From: Chrysomallon squamiferum
Taxonomy: Eukaryota; Animalia; Mollusca
Direction: 5' to 3'
DNA: 64,000 nt
Assembly (NCBI GenBank): GCA_012295275.1
Contig: CM022670.1
Location: 17,918,001 to 17,982,000 of the forward strand
Shown piece after piece: positions 28,544 to 64,000 of this stretch. Positions within the stretch are counted from its first letter, which is position 1. Each line of letters opens with the position of its first letter. The notes beneath the pieces were generated by a model. That model was not told where the DNA came from. It saw only the letters and a program-made list of their open reading frames with translations, and did no database searches. Both the position numbers and the translations under genes were made by a program.

Positions 28544-30261
28544 TACTCTATCTTATTATCTATGGAATTCCTTAAAGATCTCAGTTCCTTCAGGAGCTCA
28601 GAACATTTGCCTTTGCAACCCTGATTTCCCCTTCTACAATTCTGGATCCATCCCAGAACTATTGTTACAAGAATTTAAATGATTCACTGATGTAATACTG
28701 TATTATTGTTTTGATTTCCTCTCAGTTCGTGTTGAAGTAATAAACTAAACATGTGTTTTGAAATTCATTTTAACTTTCGTCACGTGAACTGGTGAAAGGT
28801 CAGCTGAATTTGTCTGTGAGAACTTATAAAAACAATACAGATGATTCATACACACTTTAATCCTAGCAGAAATGATGTAGTCACATGCACTGTGCATTAA
28901 TTATGATAATTAGATGTATCATTCAGGTTGAAGTAGTTTAAAGTGTAGAAGACAAAGAAACTGATATATTATATTAATAGTAATTGTCCATCATTCTAAT
29001 AATAATAATAGTAGTTGTAGCAGTAGTAGTAACAGTAGTAGTAGTAGTAGTAGTAATAATAATAATAATAATAATAATAAATCATTACAAAATAATTTAA
29101 ATGACAATTAAAGATAATGTTCAAAAATACTCTTAGAAAATACGACAGGTTAAAATAAGTCAAAGTTAATGATGAAGATTCAGGATAAAATGTTAAAGGA
29201 TTGGTAAGTCAAAATAGGGTACAGCAATTCAAGATGTTCATATAGCCCATGAATTAGTGGTCTTAAAGTCAGCAGTAGTGAGTTTGTAAAGTTATGAAAA
29301 AAAAAAAAATCTTATACATAATAAGCATACTGCTCATGGTGATGAACTTTTAATATTAAGAAAACAACATAACGTGAAATTTTGAATCTGTCTCTATAGT
29401 AAGGTTGGTTAATTATCATTATCAATAGAAGTCTTCTTAATTACATATCTTTCAGAGAATTAATGTTTGCCTAACAAGATCTTAATACCATTTATTACTG
29501 TTGGTTATCAGGATATCTTATGTATGTGGGTTTTGTTTTAATAAGATGAGTGAACAAGAAAATTACGTGTTTAGCAGCCATGATGCAACAGCTCTTCACT
29601 TTTCTGACTCAGTGTGTCAAACATTAGCTGGCTCACTGCTGAATTATGTAAACTTTTCTCAAACCTGTTTTTGCATTCAGTATTTCTATACATATCCACT
29701 AGTCTTTACACATGTATGTACCCACCAGGCTTTTTTTTTTTCCCCATCTTAAACATAGTAATGGTAAACACAACAAGAAACTTAAGTTGTTTAAACTGGT
29801 TCTACAATGGTGAGAATGTTGTTTATTCTTTGAAGAATAGATGAAAATGAAGTTCCTACTTGTAATATCAGATGGTGTAATGTTAGGTTAGGTATTTAGA
29901 TGCAAGTATTTATACAAAAACGGGTGGATTAAGGGGGTGGATTTAACATATAACCCATGCCCATTGATTTCACTGAATTTTTTTTCTTTGTAATGAAAAT
30001 TTATTTCATCTCCTGGAAAATTACGTCCTTCTCATGGTGCTCCTCCCCTCTAGTCTCAAATTATGGATCTGCTCCAGGTTAAGAGCAGATATTTTGGTGG
30101 AATATATACACAAAATGCTGGTACCAAATGCAACAGGGAGAGAATGTTGTGTATTTCTATATTTTACAGATAACAGCTGCTAGTACAGGGTGTATTTGTA
30201 TTTTTAGATTGTCTTAAATTTATATATCATGAACTGTATGTATTTTTATATATTTTTATAT

Positions 30262-30294
<33 letters not shown>

Positions 30295-33200
30295 CATCAA
30301 AAAAAAAAATACATAGTTAAAATAAAAAATATATATTTAAATATCAAGTAAAAAATGAATAAAAATATTCTCAGTACCAACAATCCAACAACAATAAGAA
30401 AAAAGAAAGAAATAATAATAATAATAAAAGAAAAGAAAAGAAAAATGAGAAACTAACACCAAACTCAGACTATTTATATACATATAAAAGTTAATTACTT
30501 TAATTCACCTATTAGCTTATCACGTAACAGTCATATTAGCAGGTTAACTGTTTGAAAAGTGTCTGCTTTCAGCAAATACTGAACATATGTTATCAGCAGA
30601 TACTTAAAATGTCTGTTATCAGCAAATACCTTCTGTTAAAACAATGTGTCAGGTAGGCAGCACCATTGTACAGGACACGGGAACTGCAACAGTTCGTGTG
30701 ATCTATATATAGACATTACCCAAGCACAGGTAAGACAGGTGTAAATTGGAAATACCTGTTAATTGTCACGTGAAAATACATTTTGATTAATGAGATAGGT
30801 TGATTTAAACCTTCTTAAAGTACAGTGTGTTTATTTTAATATTTGCATGTTATATTTAAAATGGAAACTGTCCATGGTTTATTGTAGCAAAAATGTTGAA
30901 ATGAAAAATCACAGATGTGAGTAAAAATGGGTTATTTCACAGCATCATGTGACTTCATTTAACTGTTGTTACATTTAACTTGATTTAATTTTTTTCCCAC
31001 CTCATTATGAATTGTTCTTTCATCTCAATAAGTACATTTTTCTTAAAATGAGTAGATAACATTAACTTTTAAAAAAACAAAACAAACAAAAACAGCAACC
31101 AGTACAATGACAAAACAAAAAACAAAAAAAACCCCAAAACCCAACAAATAAACAAAAACATCTGCACTAACTAAAAAAAAGTATCTGCAGTAACTGTGAT
31201 TTTGATAAATGTTGTAAATTCTGACAATATATGGACCAACACATTTTTTTATATTTTACAAATTTATGAACCGTTGACAACATTTCTGACTGTATGACTA
31301 TGACATCTTAAACTCCAGTTTGAAATGAAAACAACAGCGTTGTGTTTTCTGATCTGATTTATGACTGGATGTAATACGTATTTACATCTGATATTGGCTT
31401 TACAGAATGCAGTTAGTTATATTAGCTGTTTAAAGTTTTCTAGGTCACTTCACAGGTACACATTTGAATTCACAGGTTTAAATGTTTGTGGTGCTGCAGG
31501 TAAGTACAGGTAGATCAGGAAACGGATCAGTGACCCAGACATAAAGATAAGACGATAACTTTCATAGGGTGCATGTGTCTAGGTCAAACACAGAATACTA
31601 CATACACGTCTTCATTTCGTTTTTCTTTCTTGCTTTTTTTTTTTTTTTTTTTTTTTAAATTTAAAATATTATTTTCTTTTTCTTTCTTTTTGAAATGTAT
31701 CTTTTCTTTTTCATTATTTTTTTCTTTATTTTCGTATTGATTTTCTTCAGTTTTTATCTGTTTATTTTATTCTTTCTTATTCAAACTCATTTTTATCTTC
31801 CTTCTTACTTTTCTTCCTTTTTGTTTTGTGTCTTTTCTTTTTTAAATTTCATTTCATTTCTCTTTCCTTCAGTTCACACAATTTTTTTTTTATCTGATAT
31901 ATTCATTCAGTGAAAATACATATTACAAGGCAATTTAAATAATAAAATAAATACACTACTATTTATTAATTGAGACACTTTATAAATTCAGTTTTTTAAA
32001 CATGGCAATTTTACAATGGTGAAAGAACAAGACACAGTACATAATATATGTGTATAAATAAACTACTATCTTGTTTTGTGGTATATTCACCTTTTTTTCT
32101 TCTTCTTCTTTTTTTTCCCCCTATAAAGCCTGTGTATTTTTATATAACTTTTGTTGTGTATCTGGAAAATAAATTTGTGTTTGTATTCAGAAAATGTTTA
32201 GATGAGACAATGTGAGCTGAGGAGAGAAATCTTTTGGTCTGTGTTAATTGCTGAGGGAGATGATTTCTACATGTTTGTCTGTTTGACTAAATGGTTTCTT
32301 TGTTGGCTGTTAGTCAGAAACGTTTGATGTTGACAAAACCATCTGGTAGGCTTCAAGCTAACAGGACTCACATTACTGAACCATCTGCTAGAACTCCCTT
32401 CTTTGCTTTTATACTGTCTTTTAATTTGTCCATCCATCCATCCATCCATCCATCCATCCATCCATCCATCTTTTCATCTCTCAGGTCTTCATGTGTATGC
32501 ATACTGATACATATATTCATTGGTCCATCCATGTCCATGTGTTCATTGCTTCATCTGTTTATCTTTCCAGTTCTAACCAGTATTCATGTTACCTATTTCT
32601 CTTTACAAATTCTGTTAATGTTTGACAGTCAGTTTTTAAATGCTACTGAGTTTGTTCTAGAATTAGGAGCTAATGTAAAATAATGCATTAGGTATTATAA
32701 GCATCATTAATTTTCAAGCATTCTGTTCTTTTAAATACATATTAGCAAACCATCATTGAGTCTTCTTACTTTTTTTCATTTTTGTGTTCAGATAATGTTG
32801 TTCATGTATTACATATTTGACATCGTTCATCTTTGAAAATGTGCTATTAAAACTTGATGTATGTGTTTCTCTGTGTCTGAGAAATGCATTTTCTTGCTGC
32901 CAGCTATTAACAATAGATTATAAAGCAATGGCAATAGCTTTCCTCTGTCACAGACAGAATGTTTGATACTGAACAAGCATTAAATATTAAAATGACTGAG
33001 GTATTGTCAAAGAAATTGTTTTTTCACTTATTCCTGTGATGATTCCAAGAATGTCTTGTGCTGGATGTAGTTAATGCTACAGCTCCCACAAGACTTGTTA
33101 ACTAAACATTCCCAACATTGTGTTTTTCCATTTTAAACATAGAAATCCATGTACAAAGCATGCATTAGTTAGTTATTTTTTTTTTACCACCTCTTCATTT

Positions 33201-35774
33201 ATTATTGATCAGGTATTTCAGAATCACTTTGCTTTGTGTTTTCTTTACATTAAAAGCAGAAAAGTGCACTGATGTTAAAAGTGAGACCACAATGTCTTTT
33301 CATGTTCTGACGTTTTTCTGACCAGTGGCACTAACACAGGTTTCTCTGAGACAATGGACAATAGTGTAGAGTGGCTGGGTTAGATGAAGGTTAACAATAA
33401 GGAATGGAATCCATACAGATGACTTTAAACTGAGGACAGAACGAAGTTGAAAAGTTTTCCTGACTAGAAACATATGATCTACAATGATCAGCATGTGATG
33501 GTCAATTGTTTGAGGTGTTTTCCTAACCTGGGGCAGCCTCTGTCCCCCTCTGCATAAAATCCTTTAATAGACAACATATGAAGTATATTACAGGGTTAAT
33601 TTCAAACAGGCCCTGGTGTTTCTGTTAGAATGTGTTTGTGTATCTGAAAATTGTCATCCTAATGATGAAATTCACAAAGTCTTTAGTGTCAGAATTTCAG
33701 ACATTTTGGACTAAATATTGATGGAAAAAAAAAGTGATAAAAATTACCCATTGTCTTGTTAAATACCAAATCCTGAAGACAACAGATTATGAACATTGTC
33801 TGAGTAAATTATACCTTTCATTTTCATTGATTGTTTTTCAAATGAACTCTTTTTTAACTGTTATTTTTAAAAAAAAAATGTTTTTCAAAATCTGCTAAGA
33901 GTAATGGACAGTTCTTCACTTTACTATTAGAAAAGAATAGTTACATGCATAAATAATGATACTTCAGTTCAAATAATCTCAGTATATTACACTTTACAAG
34001 TATTTGTAAAAATTTCAAAAAATAAAACTGAGGTGATATGATGAATTAGGTGACATCACTAAAGAAACAAACCAACCATTTCTTGATTATAATTGGTATT
34101 ACACTCATTACTTTTACATCTCTTTTAACATCAGTCAATCATGTTTCCTTAGAAAGGCCAGATGCAAATATATTTCTTTAGATAATGATACATTTTTCTT
34201 TTAAACTGAAGAGAATAAATGTCTTTGTAGACATGTTTTATTATTAATACAGTACATCAGTGGTAGAATAAATTACATAAACAGATTGATATAATTTGCT
34301 GTGTTAACTGCTATGAGGTGGGAAAGCAAAATGGCTGTGTAGAATTGCAAAGTGGGATAGATAGCTCACTCAAACTGGTAACAAACAATTGTTACACCAC
34401 TGAGAATTGATCCTATGACCATTTTCTTTTCAGATGAACTTTCTAGCACTGTACTGCAACCTTCTAGGTTCTAAAAACAGATGTCTATACTTTATCATGT
34501 GTCCTGCATCTCAGTGTCTGCTTTAATTTATCTCCCCTAATTAACTCCTATAAACTGGTACGGTTTAGTTTTCAAGCCACATGACCTTTGACCCAGACCA
34601 TTCTGAATGGGTCCAGGTGTTGTAGATTATTGGGTTATTAGAGGTCATCTTTTATCTACATTGATGTGCACTCACTGGAAAAAAAATCTGTTTTAACTTT
34701 AATAAATAAATAAACAAATCCTGAAATTGAAATGATTCTAAGATAAATTATCATTTAATATGGATTTTTTAATTTATTACTTACTTAATAAATAAATAAA
34801 AAAGTATTATTTATGTATTTATTTGTTTTAAAAATATTTGTTAATATTAAAAAACCCAAAAAAAAAAAACCCACATACTATGCATATTAATAAAAAAAAA
34901 ATACTTTCCATGAGCACAGTATTTTAAATAATTACCTATAAGTTTATTTTTTAATTACAAGAGATGATATATGTAAAGCTAATGTATCTATAGAGGTAAT
35001 TTAGCAAACACTTCTGTCCCTTTAAATTACTTGTATATTTATTTATAATTCTAAATGCTTCATTTTATAGCTTAGTCATCTATTTTTATGCTGTATACAA
35101 TCAAAATCGTGAAATAACAAAGAGTGCTCAAGCTGCATGATGTTATAAATCAGAAACTGCTATATTCAGTTACATTATGGAAGCCTGTTTAATACAAGTA
35201 TTTATCAAACATCTGAAATACCTTTAGTCTTACTAACACTTCGATCTGTTTTTCTACATTCACCCTCCCTGCATTTCTCTTATACAATCTAGACATTCTG
35301 AAGGACATTATTTTGAAGGACTTGCTCAATCTGCAGTAATCCTGTGGAGTTAAATGCTGCAGTTTGCCCAAGGTGGACTCAGAATACTGGTTAAAAGGCT
35401 TGGTCAATACCTTGATTTTTATGTCTTATGGCAACTGTGGCTTCAGCTGTAGTTGTACTCACAGAACCAAGGCAGCTGTGTCCCTTGTCAGCTGCTGGGA
35501 AACAGAGAGAGAGAGAGAGAGAAACTAGAGAAAGTGGACAGAATATTAGTGTCATAAAATTAGCTGATGTTTTCTTTGGTCATTTGTCACCTGACAGGTA
35601 TGTAGATGTTTGTGTATGGGATATGGGGAATGGGCATTTTGTATCTGTAGCTAAATTAATTCAGTATTCAAGATAAATATTCAGTTTCTGGAGATGTATA
35701 TTGTTAGTTTATCTGACATTAAACTAACTATTTTCAGATTTTTCTCTCTGTCTGTCTCTTTCTCTCTCTTTGAT

Positions 35775-35805
<31 letters not shown>

Positions 35806-36690
35806 GTCTCTATCTCTCTCATTTGCTCTTTCTTCCTCTCTCACTTTCTCTCTCTTCATTTGTTTTACACTTTCCTTATCTCTAAACTTTGGTGTGTGTG
35901 TGTGCATGTGCATGTGTGATCACTTATGAAAGAAGAAAAGAAAAACTATAATACACCCAAATATATTCATGTGTCTGGAATCATTACGCATACATAGCAT
36001 ATATGTATACTGACATATTTGTTTGCTGCAGCACACATGTTGCATTACCTGGTGTTATGTTTGCATTAAACTGTGAATCATTTGGGTCAGTAACGTATGA
36101 CATGTTTATAATGAGAAACTGTAAAAAAAATCTGTAACGGCAACATCAAAATTACCTAACTAATTTTGTCGTTTGTCACCTTTACAAGTATCCAAGTATA
36201 TGTTCTTGCATTAAATTGTGAAAAAGTAGGTCACTGATGCATACAAATTTTAAATTAGTTGTATCATTTTATTTAGAAGTTGGGAAAGAGAATGTTTATG
36301 TTAGGAAATGACCTGCATACCTTGTATATGTGTTCATGTCTGTATGTGTATGAGTATATGTCTATATGTATCTATACATGAATGTCTCAGTATTTGCATG
36401 AAAAGACCAGTTAATTAGGTCTGTATAAAAATCTATTAAGATCCTTTTATATTTATTATTAATTGTATTTATAGTATGGTAATTGACCTTAATATCATTT
36501 ATATAACTTTACTCATTTCTTTGATTTATTTTATTTTGCTAATGCAAGGGGGAAAACAATTTAAAAAATAAAAAAATGATGTGGCAACTTCGTAGTAATT
36601 TATCTTTCTTGATAAAAATGGTCTTATGTTTAATTACATGCTGTCAGTAAAATAGATTAGAAAAATGTAAAAAATAAGTTAATCAAAAAC

Positions 36691-36920
36691 AATTTTGTGT
36701 AGCCAAATAAACCTCACATTAACCAATCTATAAATTGTAATGGCTTTAAAAAATAATAAAATAAATTTATTCAGCACCTGAAACATGCACAAAAATCAAA
36801 TAAAGTCTCTTAATAACAACAATACCCAGCATCAAGGGAAATTTTCTTTTTAAAATCATATTTAAAACAAATTCAACTTCCTTCATTTTTCAGTTCATGT
36901 CTGTGTCCTCTCCCAATGTA
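36691..36920 (+). repeat. Inverted repeat, left arm (230 bp)
   Basis: Reverse complement of 42377-42606; 9 mismatches and no indels by hand alignment. Confidence 0.95.
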
Positions 36921-38150
36921 CTTGCTTTTAAGCTGAAATTAATTTTATTGTCATTTACATAAAAATAACAAAAATTAATTGTTTTTCCTTCTGACTGACT
37001 GTTGATAAAAATGGTCTTTTCATCTTTCATTTATCTACTTCAAAGTACATAACTTACATGCTAATGGCAGGATAGGCTACAGGAATATAAAACAAAGTCA
37101 AACAAGAGCAAGGTTACTAATAATCAATACAACAGTTTCAACTAACTGTAAACTGTTTGTTAACATTCTCCTAACCCTGTAGTCAACAACACAAACTTTT
37201 TTTTTTTTTTTTTTTTTTTAAACTTACAGTTTAGTCACATCTTGGTACGTGATTTTAAAATTGTTCAGGTTGAGAAGGAAGCCAGTTTCCCTTGTAAACC
37301 ATCACCAGTGTGTGGTTTATCGATACCCTTAGTAAATATCTTTTTTTGTTTGGGAGCCCAGACAAGTGTTTGAGAACAAACAACATTCGTCAAACACTGT
37401 AATCATTAACCCATGTTTAACAGTGTGGTAGAAGAAGTGTTTTTTAAAATTTGTTGTTACTAGTGCTGTTACTGATGTTCAGTGTTCAGATTTGAAGTGT
37501 GGGTTTATTGTTATGAAAATTTAATTAAGTTTAAAAATATTTTAGTAGTTTAATTAAGTTTAATAAAATTTTATGAGTTTATAATAATAAAAAATGAAAT
37601 TAAAGGGATATTTTCGGTTGCAAATGTAAATAATTGTTATAAATGACTCTTGTCCCACCAACACATTTTAATATTAATGATTGTGAGGTGAACACATAAG
37701 AAAGTTTACAATGGTAACATGTCAAGTGATTTCATAAACACAGTATAAAAAACTTGGCACATTACTAAGAACTTACCTATTGATCTTATTTTGATTAGAA
37801 CTGACCTCCATTTAGCCAAGAAAAATCAAAATCAAAGAAAAATACTCTAAGCCAGATAATTAATATGAAACTCTAGATTATAAGCCAGGAAATATTCGTA
37901 TTGAATTCATTGAATCCTATCATCTTCATCTTGTACCTATAGGCAAGATTAAACTGTATTGAATAAAATTCCAATATAATTCAATTACCAGAGATTTTTG
38001 TAATTCTAAGGGCTGGTATTATTGGTCAATAGAGTAATAATCAGTTACAAATATAGCCTCTCTGAGATACTGATAATCAACATTAATGGTGGAAAACTAA
38101 TGTTCTCATAAAACATATATCATGATTAATGATCTTTCTGTCTCTCTCTG

Positions 38151-38197
<47 letters not shown>

Positions 38198-39012
38198 TAC
38201 AGACACATAAACACAGACACTCGCAGATACAGCCATAATACACACATATATACATTCTTTGTTTTTTCAAGAGAAAATAAAAATGATTGAGGCACATTTT
38301 TTCTCTTTTCCTTTCTTTCTTTCTGTCTTTATTTTGTTTTTCCTATTTTCCTTCTTCTTTCTTTTGCTCTATTTTAAAAATGAAATACCAGCATATACAT
38401 GTATGCTCCTTTCAGACATCAGAATGTTGTGAAAAACCAGTAATAATTAACTTTACTGTAATGCATGTAATGTTAACAATAGCAACAACCACTTACTAAT
38501 ACAGCTACTGTTAGGTACTGATAATGAGAATTAATGATGCAAACTCTGTGCACTGAAAAAAACCACTGACTATGTCATTACTGGTGAAATCAATCTGTGT
38601 AGCAGGAATTATTTTAAAAATAAAACAGATCTGAATTTGAAAAACTTACCTAGATTGCCATTATTGATTTTTTTTGGTTTTATTTTTATCTACCTTCTTT
38701 TTGTTATTCTGACATTTCGATTTTTTTAAAAAGAAGAAAATATTAGATTTATATATTTTTTTTGTTTTGTTTTATTTATTATTTCTTTCATTTTTTTTTT
38801 TTAAATAATTAAATCATTTTAAAAAAAAAAAAACCATTTCTGATATAAAAAAAAAAAAGAAAATACCTGAAAATCTACCTGTAAATATTTGTTGTACCAC
38901 CCTTCCAGATAAAAATCTTATTTAGTATTAATTTCAAAATAATGTGGCTTTTTTATATGTTTCTAACACATCATTAATGTGACTGTTTTGTTATTGCAGA
39001 TCACAGTCTAGG

Positions 39013-39031
39013 ATGTTGTGATATGAGGTGA
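39013..39031 (+). promoter_or_regulatory. Two tandem minimal uORFs (ATG TTG TGA; ATG AGG TGA) in the 5'UTR
   Basis: 39013-39021 and 39023-39031, read directly, about 30 nt upstream of the main ATG. Confidence 0.7.
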
Positions 39032-39061
39032 AGTTTAGGGTGTGGCTCACTGACAGACAGG

Positions 39062-64000
<24,939 letters not shown>

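Noticed and set aside
29920-30080. Possible MITE (GGTGGATT...GGATCTGCTCC ends)
   Set aside because: The termini are too degenerate and no TSD is visible; it cannot be supported without a repeat library.
32291-32683. 130-aa ORF
   Set aside because: It runs through a (CATC)n repeat, and I recognise no homology.

Overview
This is AT-rich, microsatellite-dense animal genomic DNA. The intron style and repeats suggest an invertebrate, probably a mollusc, but that assignment is inference. Almost the whole window is one + strand, intron-rich gene for an invertebrate-type latrophilin/Cirl (ADGRL) adhesion GPCR. It starts with a CpG-retaining promoter region and probable non-coding first exon (about 2.3-2.7 kb), followed by a roughly 36 kb first intron. 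Then come 23 phase-consistent coding exons (39062 to beyond 64000, about 1110 codons) encoding signal peptide, RBL/Gal-lectin domain, Thr-rich mucin stalk, HRM, GAIN with canonical HL|T GPS, 7TM and part of the C-tail. No olfactomedin domain is present. Hand reading adds features missing from the ORF track: (1) a 230-bp, 96%-identical inverted repeat pair bracketing the single start-codon/signal-peptide exon; (2) two frame-preserving hidden cassette exons in intracellular loop 3; (3) a mucin exon with tandem donors 4 nt apart, a Cys cluster and flanking complementary (TG)n/(CA)n tracts; (4) two tiny uORFs; (5) a candidate head-to-head gene start on the minus strand; (6) a palindromic higher-order minisatellite. 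Most ORF-track entries are low-complexity artefacts. All exon calls were made by eye, without transcript data.
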